64,000 nt of DNA, taken from NCBI RefSeq assembly GCF_009834535.1, contig NC_045713.1:18662001-18726000 (forward strand), given 5' to 3'. Both the position numbers and the translations under genes were made by a program. Source of the stretch: Camelus ferus (Eukaryota). Shown here in pieces: positions 46,781-61,629 of this stretch. The notes below the pieces were generated by a model. It saw nothing but the letters and a program-made list of their open reading frames with translations. It did not search any database and had not been told where the DNA came from. Numbering within the stretch: position 1 is the first letter of the stretch; each line of letters begins with the position of its first letter.

Positions 46781-49419
46781 TCCTGGTCTCTGGGATACCT
46801 TGCTCTTTGAATACCTACTTACCATATCAACAGCCATCCAAGCTACCGCTGGCATGTATTGTGTATAGCCTCCTATGCTAAGCGTTATGCTAAGCGTTTT
46901 ACACACCTGATCTCTTGATCCGCATAAATGTGAATGTATTTCACAGATGAACTGATTGACGTTCAGGGGAGTAAATTGATTTGCCTAAACTACACAGTAG
47001 GTGTAGGTGTAAAATTATAACCCACGGACCAAATCCAGTCCACGGAAGTATCTTGTTTGGCCCTCAGGGTATTTTTACTTATAAAAACTAACTTCAAGAA
47101 GAAAAAAAAAAGGTCTTTTACTAATTTTGATTTCAACATTGAAAAATTGGGATATTTCATATAAAGTTCTGTATTTTCTCACTTCTCTTGAAAAAGATAT
47201 CTAAGTCTCCCATTTTATGAATGGGGCAACCAAGATTACGACGTGATGAAAGAAAAAAGAATACTCAGTAAGTGCTTACAATCCGTAATTGTCTCTTTAC
47301 AACAGCCCTGTGGGGATCAATATTATCTTTCTTTGACAAATAAGGGAACTAAAAGCTTAGAGAACTTGAAGTAGTTTGCTCAAAGTCACATAGCTTGTAT
47401 GTAGCAAATTCCAAAGCTCATGCTCTTGCACCAAATTATCTCTCAGAAATGAGGTTACATGAGCAAATTGGTAGCGGAGCCAAGACCCAAAGCCTGAGCC
47501 TCAGTCTGCAGAGCCCAGGGCACGATTTGGATGTTGAGATTATTTCTGTTCAAACTTCTGCTCTTCCGCAGAGCTGGGAACAGGGGGTAAGTGAGTGTGA
47601 TACACTCAAGATCCCCAAAATCACTTTGATTGTGTTCATTCTTCATCAGGTATTTATTGAGCCCAACTATGTGCCTGGTACCATTCTAAATATTGAAGAT
47701 GCAGTGAACAAAACAGACAAAAATCTTGGCTACTATGGCATTTCTCAGGGTGTAAAAAATGTCAACAGGTAAACAAGATAATTTCAGATAATAATAGGTG
47801 TAAGAAAGAAATAGGGCCAGATGATGCAATAGGGAGTGGTTGGGGGCTTCTTTAATGTGGGCAGGGACAGCATCTCTTAGGAAATAATATGTGACATGAA
47901 ACTTGAATGATGAGAAAGTGTTAGCCATTTGAAAATATGGAGGAGAATGTTCTAGACAGAACTACAGAGACTTTAAGGTGAGATTAAGCTTGGCATGTTC
48001 GAAGAATAGAAAGACTTGTGTGGCTGGAGCCAAGTGAGTTATCGAGGGGAAATGTAGTGTGGGAATTGGAGGAGAGGCAGGCAGATGCCAGGTTGTGGCT
48101 GGAACCATAGCAAAAGGCAAGGCCTGCTTCCCCTGATTCAGAGACTCAGTGAGGAGACTCAGCTGAGAGCAGTGAAAGTCCCTACTGGAAGGTCCTCCTA
48201 CTGTGGGAGGACTTTGGAACAGATGCTTGCAGGAGGAATAGGTACGAGTATCTCTCTGAAATCAGAACTAGTTCCTGTTTTTGAGAATCTCACAGTCTAG
48301 TAAAGAAGATTGTGATTAAAAAAATATATATATATATTTGTATGTCACATCCATATGAAAAGGAAACAGTAGGTGTTGTGGCAGGAGAATAGCGGGGTGG
48401 AAGGGAGTAGATATTGGGTGCAGGCCTCACCGAAGAGATAAATGTAAAGGACCTTCAAAGATAAGTAGGAGTCTTCCAGATGGACAAAGAGCAGCTTGTA
48501 GAACCGTGAACTCTTGTGAAGAGCACATCCAAGGAAACAAAAAGTATTTAGTGAGGCCTATTGTGTGCCAGGCCCGTTTTAGGACTGGGAAGTAGAAAGT
48601 TGAATTTGGGAAAGTCTTTATCTTACTCTTCACTACTCTGCATTTCACTGTGTGTCTTCAGCCTCACTAGAAGTTTACTTAAGTTCTTGAATCCTCAAGG
48701 ACTTGGTGCGCACTCTTTATTCTGCCTAGAACACGCCACCCCCCCCCCATCCCATCTCCCACCTCCTCCTTTCTTAGCTTAATCCAAATCAGTCTTTATG
48801 TCATAATTACCACTTCTTTGGAGAGGCACTGGACCATGTAGGGTCAGAGGATTCTCTCCTGCATGCATGCATGCTTTCTGCATAGTCTTTACACTTGAAA
48901 ATAGTTGTTCATTGTCTATCTTCTGCTTGGAAACTGATGGCAGAAACTTCGTCTTACTCATCCTTCTATGCTCACTACCCAGCACACAGTAAGTAATGCT
49001 GTTGAGTCTCTATCCTAAAGACGCTCTCGGTATGTTAAGTGCTCAGATGAAGGGGGTCCAGTGGGGAGGTTTAGGGAAGGCTTCCGGGAGGAAATAATGC
49101 TTGAAGTGTTTGGTTAGGTTAACAAGGGCGGGGTCGGCAGCATTCCAAGTTAAGTAAACAGAACATTTAAGAAGCCCAGGGCTGAAATCACATAGTGGAA
49201 GGCCTTGAATGCCAGCTTAGGAGGTAAGTTTTATTAGAGGACATGCAGAGATACAGCAGGGTTTTTAATTAGGGGAGTGACATGGTCAGATACAATTTTA
49301 CAGAGTTCATTGCAGACTAGCTTGGAGGCCAACCTGGTAGGGAGGGGAGACACAGAAACCAGCATTATCTTCCTAAAGCCCCAAGAGGCCTCCATTCAGA
49401 TCTATGGGTGTGTGTGCAC

Positions 49420-50115
49420 TGAAGGACGGAAGCCGCGAAGAACCCCAGAACAGAACTCAAAATTCTTGGGTTACGGAGCGTATGTGACAACTTGGCAGGG
49501 GTGGAAGGACTGGGAGGAGCCGTGCAGCAGCAAGCTTTCATTGGTTTCTAGGGAAGCCCGGGCGATGGTTAAGATCTCGCGAGAGATTCTACCCAGGCTC
49601 ATTCCTGCACGCAAATTAGCTGAGACGCCTAGGCGGCGAAGTTGCAGGGCAGTCATAGACTTCGTTTCTTAGGTGGGTGAACCGCCCTAGTCTTTTTTTT
49701 TTGTCCCTAGCCAATCAGGTCAGTTCCTTCTTCCTCCCTATTGGCGCCCTCCTCGGAAAAAGCTAGGAATTGGAGTCCTGCACCTAATGATGCATGGGTG
49801 GCTGGGAAATACGTTGCCTTTTCCAGGGGATAAAGAGGCCTTCCCCTTTGCCCTCCTTTTGGGCTCTGCAGCCAAATGACCTGCTTCTTGACAAATAAAA
49901 AAGGGTCGCAGGGTGGTGGGGTTCCCAGAAGGCAGAGCATCAGACAGGCCCGCCACATTCCCCCCCCCACCTGTCGCCGTAGCAACAGCGCTCAAGGAAT
50001 CCCGCCCCCCCCCCCCCCCCGACACACACACTCTCTCTCCCTCCTCTCTTACCCCGTGCCGTTGTGTTTTTCCTTTTAAGGGTCGCGCCTGATGCTGTGG
50101 TGTAGGTGGCGCCTG
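49420..50115. promoter_or_regulatory. Orphan CpG-rich promoter-like element between ZNF771 and the ZNF48 3' end
   Basis: CGGAAG at 49427-32, ATTGG at 49540-44 and 49740-44, TCTCGCGAGA at 49575-84, GCCAATCAG at 49710-18, C16 run at 50005-20. Confidence 0.65.
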
Positions 50116-50340
50116 TGGGCAGGCAGAATTCAGGTCTAGGGCATCAGCTGACAGACCTGGTTGCCGTTTTTTAACCAGTTATCAGAGCTAGAAAGCAGCT
50201 ATGAGGAGCCAACTTCTTTATTTGACGGGCCCAGAGGTCAAGTTTACACATGGCTTGTAGGTTTTGCCTGTGGTGACCCTTGGGTACATTTTTCACCCCT
50301 CACCATGCACACACGAGTCCAAACCTCAGACAAAAAGCAG

Positions 50341-50346
50341 TTTATT
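50341..50346 (-). terminator. ZNF48: Probable ZNF48 polyadenylation signal
   Basis: AATAAA on minus about 760 nt after the stop. The nearer hexamer at about 50823 lies in an L2 tail. Confidence 0.55.
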
Positions 50347-51107
50347 GGCAAGGAGACACAGAGATGTGACTGTAGGGTCTTGGTGCTTCCCTGGCCTCTC
50401 CTCACTCAAGTACTGCCCTCCAAGCCAGTGTGTCTCTGCTGATGCCTGCCAGGAGGACCTGGGCTTAGCATCCAGAGTGGATGTCCTTCTGCTGTCTCTG
50501 CTCTATTCTGCCAGTGTCCAGATGTCAGGATGGGTTGGGCTTCTCCAGCGCAGATAGGTCTGGTGTCTGTCCAAGTGGCCCTTCCTGCCTAAGACTGTGT
50601 CTAGTGGCCTGAGGCTGGGTACTGCCTGCTTCAGAGCTCAAGATGGCCCTGCCTCGCTCTGTCACCACAAACCTCGTAACTCTCATTGTTGCAGCTCAAC
50701 AGGTCTAACAAATCCTGGTTCAGGGTGCTGGTCTTCCAGGGGCAAGGTTGGGAGGAATCAATTAATAGGTTAAGAGGCAGCAGGAATTCTTTAAGGAGTT
50801 AATGGCCCTCAGGCTAAGGCCAGTTTATTCATTCAACAAATACTTATTGAGTGTCTTCTGTATAGTAGGCAGTGTTCTAAAAGCTGGGGGCATAGACCAC
50901 ACTGGCAAGGTCCTGACTGAGCCCAGCCAGGACAATTTCCTGAGCTTCAAGGTCATTGTCTCCAATCTCTGTCTCTATCTATTCACTCCTTTCTCCCGTT
51001 TCTTCCCCTCCTTCTCCCTCCCACCACCTCCCAGGCCCTTTCTTCTCTGCTTAAGCAGCAGATACCCTCCTTTTGGTCTCCTGGGCCTCCACCCTCCCTA
51101 GACCCCA

Positions 51108-52949
<1,842 letters not shown>

Positions 52950-53979
52950 CTATCTTCCACTGCAGCCTCCCCAAGAAGGTGTCCTTGACAGTCTGTGGTC
53001 ACAAGGATCTCTCTTGCTCTTGCTCCTCTGAATTTCTGAAGCACATATTGTCTGTGCCTCTCAATAACAGTAACTTCTTTTTACCATTGCCCTTCGTATG
53101 TGCCAATAACTTAACTAAGCATTACTGAATCCTTGTGAACAATCCTATGAGGTAATACTGTTACTATCCCCATTTTATAGACATGGAGAGACTTGGAGAA
53201 TTTAAGTCACTAGCTCAAGGCTATTAAGGTTAGAAAGTAGTAAAACCAGGTTTCTAACTCGGGTCTGTCTGATTCCCAAGACTGTGTTAAGCCCTACATT
53301 ATATTGTCTCTATTTGGAAAACCAGTACTCGCTAATTATATTATATCTTTTTTATATTAGCGCATTCTGTAATTTATTTCTTCAGTCGTCTTATGTATAC
53401 CTGAGAGGACCCAGACACACACCTGTCCCTCAAGATGCTTCGGGTTGGTAGGAGATAAAACACAAATAATTATGATTGCAGGCTTAGAATAACTGTGCTG
53501 TCACAGCAGAGAGGAAATAGATAGGGCTGGGTTTTCACAGCATAGAAAAGAGTAAACCATGGAAAGGAATGGAAGATAAAGCTGGAAAGGGATGCTGGAA
53601 TTAGATTAAGCATGTATCATCTGAATTGAACACTAGGCTAAGGTTTTTAATTAGTAGGCAGAGGGAGCAAGGGAAGGTTTTTGTGAAGGGAGACAGGATT
53701 AGATCTGGACTTAGATCATTGTGACTACACAGAGAGAAAAGGGCTGAGGGGAGATTGCTGCAATTGCCAGGATTAGACAGAATGAGGCCTGAAGTAGGAT
53801 AGAGGCAGTGAGGATGGTGATGCCTGTCGGGGAGGGGAAGTCCTTGAAATGATGCCCCTCGTGACCTGATGCGTAGTAGGTGCTCAGAAACACTGGCTCC
53901 CTCCTTCGGCTTTTGCTCCCTTCCCCCTTTCTCCCTGGTTGCACAGTTCATGTCCGATTTTTCTGGGTCTGGGCCAGGT

Positions 53980-55000
53980 AGAGCCCAGCTCCGGAGTCCC
54001 CACCCCGCCATTACCTGCCCATGGCGGCGCGCCGCCTCGGCCCTCACCTGTGCGGGCGCCTCTCAGCTGCTCCCTGTCCTCTGGGCCACGGAGATCCGGG
54101 CCCCAGGACCCCACCGCGCGCTGCATCGCCGGTACGCCGCTCTGAGCAAGGGGACAGACAATTCTACGGTCACACAGCCATGTGCGGACGGCGGCGCCCT
54201 GCCGCTGCCCTCTGCCGGCCGGTGCGGGGCACCGGGCAGCGTCCAGATCCGAGGTGCGGGCGCGGCTCCCGGTGACCCCCGCCCGTGCCGCCCACCACCC
54301 CTGCACCTGCTGCTCCTTCCGGCACTCAGCCGCCTCCTTCCCCTCCAACCGCCGCCGCCGCCGCCACCCCGGCGCCCTCCGGAGCTCCTCGGCGGGGCCC
54401 CGGTGTCCGAGCCGCCGGCGGCTCGGGTATGCGGGCTCGGCGCCAAACGGGGAGGGGGCTCGGACCCAGGCGTCCCGGGGGCTGCCGCCGGGGGCGGGGA
54501 CGGGAAGCGGAAGCGCCGGGCGGCACCGAGCCGCTCTAGGACCTTGGAGGAGCTGCACGCCTGTGGCGGCCGCCTGCGTCCTCCGGAGCTCGGTGTCCGG
54601 CGGGCGCCGCGTGCCGTGGAGAGGGTTACTCTGAGCCGAGGACAGATGCCCGAACTCGGTGGTTTTAACCGTGTGCCTCCTGGGTTGGAGCTGAGCGAGG
54701 AGGGCCGAAGAGCTTCCTAATTGTCGCTGTGTCAGGCCACCCGCGCCGACCCCCGGAGCTGGCCGACAGCGCCAACCACCCCAGCCCGGAGAGACAAAGA
54801 GATCCAAAGACGGACCCAGAGAAAGGGGTGGGGGAAAGACCAAGGCAGACAAAGGGCGGCAGAGGGCGGCGGAGACCCCAGACGGGGCAGGGGCGGGGCG
54901 CCGAGACACAGGAAACAAAGCGGGGCTGGTCGGAGAGGCCGGGGGCTGCGGGTGGGGGCTAAGCTGGGGGAGACCAAGGCAGGAACAGAAGCTAGTGGCA
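53980..55000 (-). promoter_or_regulatory. ZNF48: ZNF48 CpG island and promoter
   Basis: Very high CpG density. Tandem GGAAGCGGAAG at 54503-13, GC boxes, (CCG)5 at 54349-63. Candidate exon 1 donor CAG|gtgcag at 54306. Confidence 0.75.
54048..54126 (-). CDS. ZNF48: ZNF48 first coding exon; full exon 54048-54141
   Basis: MQRAVGSWGPDLRGPEDREQLRGART, 79 nt, G|gtgag donor, cccttgctcag acceptor. Phase matches the last exon. Confidence 0.9.
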
Positions 55001-57477
55001 GACACCAGCGTGCTGTGGAGAGGCAGCCTGATGGAATTAGACCTGGGCCCCGAGCCTCACAAAGTCGTATTTTAAGAGCCCAGGGTGAGAGAGGCTGCAA
55101 AAGCGGAGAGACAGTGAGACTGCAGCCGATCAAAAATACAGGAGCAGAAGATTGGCTGCCAGAAACAAAGAGATGCGGAAACAGATAAGAGATATAAAGT
55201 GACTGAAACAGAGTTGGAGGAACTGCAAGGAAAGGCAGGGAACCTGGAGAGAAACAGGCCCAGAGGCAGTGGAATAAAGACCGAAACAGGCAGAGACAAA
55301 GAGACAGACACAAAGAAAGAAGCCCTGAGGAGACTAGGGACAGGTCGACAGCCCTACAAAGGCAAAGCCCAGGAAGAGGCTAAAACATGAAACCCTGTTT
55401 CCCAGCTTGGTGGGCCCCTGGCTAGGGCTGTGTTGTAGTGGTCCCAGGGGCATGATTCCCCAGTATCTGTACTCTGGGCAAGCTTGCCTTTGGGGAGCAG
55501 GTGGGGTGCCTGGAAGTGTCTGATGCCCATCTAATGATGGAGAAGTGTAAAAAGATTTGCGTATTAATTCACATTTATTAGCGCCTCAGTGTTATGCCAA
55601 GAGTTTGATACAGAGGTGAAACACATGTAAGAGTTGTCCTTGGGATGCTACCAGTTTAAAGGGCTAGTACACAAATTATGACAAATAAGAACTGTTAGGG
55701 CATTAGAGAGTTACATGTACTGATTCAAGATAGTGTGGGAGAGCAGGAAGAAGCCTAATTTGTGGGAATGAGTCTAGATGGTTCTAGGTACCTGGTATGC
55801 ATGAATGTTAGACACTGATAAACAGGGACCACAAATGAATCAACACATACTTATGAATCACCAACCAATAATTTAGACACTGTCTAAGACCTAGAAATAC
55901 AAAGAAACCCCTCAGGGAGCTCTCGGCCGGGTAGGAGGTGGGCAGATGTTGTGACAGATTCTATACTGACCTAATGAAGAAAGATTTGATAGGAATGTAG
56001 TGCAGAAAGAGAGAGACCTGGAGAGTTTAGTGGCTGTGGACACTTTTTAAGGTCATTCATGCAGAGTTTGATTCCTGGCCTTGTCATTTGCTACTGTTTA
56101 ACCTTAGGGAAGTTACTTCTGTTTCCTGAAATGATAATACCTAATTTGAATGGTTGAGGATAATATGTGTAAAGCACTTAGTAAAAAATAGCAGAAATTA
56201 CTCTTTGGGCTGAAGTAAGCAAGGAAGAAGGTGGCATTTTTGAGCTGATTGTTTCAGAACAGCTAAGATTTCAGCAAAGTCTGGCTGAAGTGGGCCTTGA
56301 ATGAAGAACTCTAGACAGGGAATGAAATAAACAGTGGCCCATGCACTCAAGGAAAACCTGCTGTGTGCTGGAAGCTTGGAATCCAAAGATGGTTATGACC
56401 TACCCTCAAAGAGGAAAAAACAGAATAGTTCTGTTTCAATGTGTCATGAGTTTACATAATAGCAAAGTAGTGGAAGCTAAAGATAGGATGGTAAGTTAAT
56501 CATTTGTTCCAGACATTTCCTGATGGGTCCAGCGTGTACCAGGCACAAGTGCTGGGAAACAGAGGTAAGAGGGCACCAAATGGCAAAGAGCCAGTCCCTC
56601 TTGTAGGAAACCCCCCAAAGACTGGCCAGCCCACATGCCATACTCACTTGTAGAGCTAGCTCTTGAGATGAATCCTGGAGTTACTAGGTCTGAACCTGAA
56701 CTCAGTTCTAAACATATAGAAGCCCCCCCCCAGGACTGCCTGGTAGGGCATAGGTAGCTATGAAGATATGATGGTGAGATGAAAAATAACTAATCCAGAT
56801 GATTATTAAATGGGAAAACTGCTGTCCACCGTACACTGTCCCACTGGAAACTCAAGACTCTTCCTTTCTCTAAACAGGCCCCAAACCTTATCACATGAAT
56901 AATTGGGCATAATTTGTTGGGGTTAATAAGCATGTAAATGGAATACTGTGTTACTACTAATTCATGTCATTCCTACACTTAAACCAAAGACCAGCCGAGA
57001 ACCCATTCTGCAGGGTATTTGTTAATATGCACATATGCTTTAAATATGTGACTTCCTTTGATTCAGTAATTCCCTGTATAGAGATGAGGCCCAAGGAAAT
57101 GGTTGGACAAGTGCATAATGATAGCACCACAAACGTATTCATCCCAGCTCAGCACTGTTTATCACAGGGAAGAACTGGTATCAACCCAAATACTAAGCAG
57201 CTCTAAAAATGTTAATGCAGATGTGTATTCATGATCATAGAAAGGTGTACAGAATAAAAACAGGTTTCTAAAGTTCCAGTATGATCCTAGTTTTGTGACT
57301 ATAATTATTCATATGTATGGGCATATGAGAAAATTTAGAAGAATACAAAATCAAAATGAGGTTATATCATGGTACTAATATGAGAGGTAAATTTTTCTAA
57401 CCACTTGCATTTGCTAATTTTTCTATGAGACTATGTGTTGGTTATACAGCAAATAAATGATATGCCTGTTTTTTTCA

Positions 57478-58076
57478 TTTTTTATTGAGATATAATTGAT
57501 TTACAATATTATGTAAGTTTCAGGTGTACAAATAGTGATTCACAAGTTTTAAAATTATGTTCCATTTATAGTTATAAAATATTGGCTATATTTCCTGTGG
57601 TGTACAATATATCCTTGCAGCTTATTTATTTTATACCTGGTAGTTTGTATCTCCTAATCCCCTACTCGTCTTACGCCTCCCCCTTCCCTTGCCCACTGGT
57701 AACCACTAGTTTGTTCTCTGTATCTGTGAGTATGTTTCTTTTTTGTTATATTCACTAGTTTTATTTTTTAGATTCCACACATAAGTGGTAATATACAATG
57801 TTTGTCTTTCTTTCTCTGACTTATTTCGCTAANNNNNNNNNNNNNNNNNNNNNNNNNNNNNNNNNNNNNNNNNNNNNNNNNNNNNNNNNNNNNNNNNNNN
57901 NNNNNNNNNNNNNNNNNNNNNNNNNNNNNNNNNNNNNNNNNNNNNNNNNNNNNNNNNNNNNNNNNNNNNNNNNNNNNNNNNNNNNNNNNNNNNNNNNNNN
58001 NNNNNNNNNNNNNNNNNNNNNNNNNNNNNNNNNNNTTGGGGTGCATGCATCTTTTCAAATTAGTGTTTTCATTTTN
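57478..58076 (-). mobile_element. L1 3' end (partly N-masked)
   Basis: TTGAGATATAATTGATTTACAATATTATGTAAGTTTCAGGTGTAC..TAGATTCCACACATAAGTGG..CTCTGACTTATTTCGCTAA. Confidence 0.88.
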
Positions 58077-59339
58077 NNNNNNNNNNNNNNNNNNNNNNNN
58101 NNNNNNNNNNNNNNNNNNNNNNNNNNNNNNNNNNNNNNNNNNNNNNNNNNNNNNNNNNNNNNNNNNNNNNNNNNNNNNNNNNNNNNNNNNNNNNNNNNNN
58201 NNNNNNNNNNNNNNNNNNNNNNNNNNNNNNNNNNNNNNNNNNNNNNNNNNNNNNNNNNNNNNNNNNNNNNNNNNNNNNNNNNNNNNNNNNNTTCTTAAAG
58301 GTTGTTGAATAATTTAGGGAAGAGCTGATTAGAGCCTGAACCCAGTGCAAGGGCAAAAGGGTGAAGAGTGTAGAGAGGAAGGGACCAATTTTTCTCATTG
58401 ATAGGAAGGAATTGGAAACTGATTGGATATACTTGCGGAGAGCAAGGGAGGTGGGTGTTCAGAGTTTTAACTAAGTCAGTAGGGCTGCTCAGCCTGATGA
58501 GAAATGCAGGAGGAAGGGTTGTGGTGCAGTGGGGAAGGGTATAATTATCCCTCCCTTGGCCTTTCAAAGAACTCTGTTTATCTCCTTATTACACTGTATT
58601 TTTAGCACCAGTGCTGTGTGTCACACTTACTTGTGGCTGTCTCTGTCTCCCCAGAGGGCAACAACTGTGACTGATTCACTGTGTCTGGATTCTCAGCAGC
58701 TAATCCAGAAGAGCAGTCACTGAGTTGGAGCCGGTGGCACAGTCACACCCCTCAGCTCATGTTATAGCAATAACTAGCAGTCTATGTGAGCTCATCTCCT
58801 ACGCCAGGTATGAAGGCATGTGTGTCAGGCATATAATCCTCATCATGACCCTGTAAGGTAAAATTATTAATGCTACCATTTAACAGATAAAGAAACTAAG
58901 TCACAAGAGGTTAAAGTAAGATGCCCAAATTCACACAGTTAATAGGATCACAGAGCTCTTAATCACTATATGTGTATTATCATATGAAACTTGCACAGAT
59001 TTTGTGAATTCAGTATGGGAGGAGCTTCCAATTCCATTTGACAGATGAGGAAAGTAAGGCCCAGAGAGGTGATTTTCCCAGGGTTACATGAAGGTGGCAG
59101 TACTAGAAATGAGGTTGAAGTAAAGATAAGGTAAATGGATGGCAACATGGATGGGTCTTTAAAAATAGTGCTGAATGAAAAGTTAACAGAAATATATATT
59201 CATCTCTATATATATTACCATTTGTGTAAACATGTACTGTATACTATGCATTTTTCAAAATATATGCAAATTTAAAAATTACACATTAAGCACATTAGAG
59301 TGGTTGCCTTAAAGTGAGGAGGGGAAAGGAGTGAGCCAT

Positions 59340-59695
59340 GAGNNNNNNNNNNNNNNNNNNNNNNNNNNNNNNNNNNNNNNNNNNNNNNNNNNNNNNNNNN
59401 NNNNNNNNNNNNNNNNNNNNNNNNNNNNNNNNNNNNNNNNNNNNNNNNNNNNNNNNNNNNNNNNNNNNNNGTGAGGCCTCTTTCCTCGGGGTGCAGACCG
59501 CTGCCTTCTCACTGTGTGCTCACATGTACAGAGACAGATTGCCGATGTCTCTTGTTATAAGGNNNNNNNNNNNNNNNNNNNNNNNNNNNNNNNNNNNNNN
59601 NNNNNNNNNNNNNNNNNNNNNNNNNNNNNNNNNNNNNNNNNNNNNNNNNNNNNNNNNNNNNNNNNNNNNNNNNNNNNNNNNNNNNNNNNNNNNCA
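59340..59695. mobile_element. MaLR (MLT-like) LTR, partly N-masked
   Basis: GTGAGGCCTCTTTCCTCGGGGTGCAGACCGCTGCCTTCTCACTGTGTGCTCACATG..GTCTCTTGTTATAAGG. Confidence 0.65.
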
Positions 59696-60430
59696 CAATT
59701 TAGTCAATAATGGGCCAAAAGGGAAATAATAAATAGAACCAGGAGGAGTGGAGAAAGGAAATGGGGTTGGAGCAGTAGGCGGGATCCAGATCAAGCAAGA
59801 CCATAGTAAGAAGACTATCTTTAAAGGCTCAGAGAGGTCACTCAGTTAATAAATGCTAAAGCTTAGGTATGTATACAGGGTACAGGGTATATGTATCTGA
59901 TTGACTCCAAAGCACACATCATCCAAAACCACTCTGAGTCCTGATGAGTGAGTGGAAATGTGTGCATTTCATCTTACTATGAAGAAAATGGAGTTCAGAG
60001 AGGTCAAATGACTTGCCCAGGGTCACATACTAAGCGGTAGAGCTGTGGTTTAGAAAATTCTTTCTGACTCCAAAGCAAACCTTCTTTTATATGTTCTGCA
60101 GCCTCCCAGCTTTGTCCCTGACTAACTTCACTCACTCATTTTTACACGCATTCATTCATCTAGTACATTATTTACTGGCACCTTCTTTGTGTCAGGTGCT
60201 GTGCAAGACACTGGGGATACAGAAATTAGGAAGACATGGTCACTTCCCTCAGAAAGCTCAGCTGGGAGTAGAAGAGACAGCCACAGTCTGGTAAGCAAAC
60301 GTGGGCATTGGAAGGGCCTGTGAAAGGTGCCAGGGGTCCAGAGGATGGAAAAATGACTCTGCCTCGGGTGGGTGGGTAAGATTTCATAGAAGAGGAAGAA
60401 GAGCCCTTTGAATCAAATCCTTGAAGGATA

Positions 60431-60484
60431 TTGTGCTGTACACCAGAAATTGACACTACACTGTAAACTGACTATACCTCAATA

Positions 60485-60531
<47 letters not shown>

Positions 60532-60545
60532 ATGCAAAAAAAAAA
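60431..60545 (+). mobile_element. Ultra-short 5'-truncated L1 with (TAAA)12 and A tail
   Basis: TGCTGTACACCAGAAATTGACACTACACTGTAAACTGACTATACCTCAATA, then (TAAA)12 at 60485-60532. TSD AAATC(C/T)TTGAAGGAT at 60415-29 and 60546-60. Confidence 0.85.
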
Positions 60546-61268
60546 AAATCTTTGAAGGATGAAGAGGAATTCACCTGGTGCAGAAGAAGGAAAAGCTCAA
60601 TGTGAGCAGAGCCAAGGATGTGGCACTCACTAAGTGTGAGTGCAGGATGGGGTTATGAGGTCAGATGGGGAAGGCTGCCAGATCAGAACTCAGACTTGTT
60701 CAGAGGTCACCGGGAAGCCTCTGAAGGGTTTCGAGCAGGGGAGTACCTTGGCCAGGATCCTGAAGAAAGTTCTCTCTGGTGGTGGTATCCAAAGACCTGA
60801 AGTCCTTTAAAGAATCCAATGCATGAGCTGGTGAGGAAAATTGACAGCCCCTCCCACCCACACTCCATTCTTGTTATGGCTTTTGGTCTACTCAGACACT
60901 TGAAACTTTTTTTTTTTTTTAAAAACCATCCCTGTCAAAGCCTCCATCTCACTTGCTAGAGAGACCAACCCGCTTCCTTCCTCTCTGCCGATACCCTCCC
61001 TTCCACCAGGGTGATGGGGCTACACTCGGGCTTGGAACAAAGGAATACAGAGAATAGAGGGGTTGAAGCTTTCTAAAGGGGTGATAGGCAAAGGGATCCA
61101 GGAAGTGAGGACCCCAGGTATTCTTAGTCTTGGCTCTTCCCACCTCTCTGGGCCAGTTCGAGCATCTCAGGTTCCTACATTGCCCGCCCCCTTGTTTGCT
61201 GCTCTCAGCTTCCTGCCCACCAGAGGAAGTGGAGAGAGACAGCAGGTGCAGCGACAGCTATCGGGGCC

Positions 61269-61271
61269 ATG
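61269..61271 (+). CDS. SEPTIN1: SEPTIN1 exon 1 coding part (ATG only)
   Basis: GCCATG|gtgagt: good Kozak context and strong donor. Joins phase 0 to DKEYVGF. Confidence 0.85.
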
Positions 61272-61446
61272 GTGAGTCTTTATGCCCAGGAATCCAGGCA
61301 TCTATGCTTCCAGCGCCCAACCCCCCAAGGAAGCCAGGCCCAGGTCAAGCCACAGTAGGCTGACTTCTCCTAACCCCAAGATCAAGTTGCACTGGGGGCC
61401 CTGCCTTCAGCCCTCAGCAGCCTCATATCACGCCCCCCCCCAACAG

Positions 61447-61537
61447 GACAAGGAGTATGTGGGTTTCGCCGCCCTCCCCAATCAGCTGCACCGCAAGTCC
61501 GTCAAGAAGGGGTTTGACTTCACACTCATGGTGGCAG
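61447..61537 (+). CDS. SEPTIN1: SEPTIN1 exon 2 (polybasic region)
   Basis: [30 protein letters not shown], 91 nt. Confidence 0.96.
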
Positions 61538-61629
61538 GTCTGGGGGTTTGGAAGAGGGGCCTGGCAAGGGGTCCTCAAGAGACCTTGGCTGTCCTCTCAC
61601 CTGATCAGTTGGTTCTGTCCTGTCTTCAG

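Noticed and set aside
53869-55313. Long overlapping ORFs (373, 283, 193 aa and others) in the ZNF48 CpG island
   Set aside because: Stop-poor GC-rich sequence gives Pro/Arg/Gly/Ala-rich frames on both strands. Only 54048-54126 has splice and homology support.
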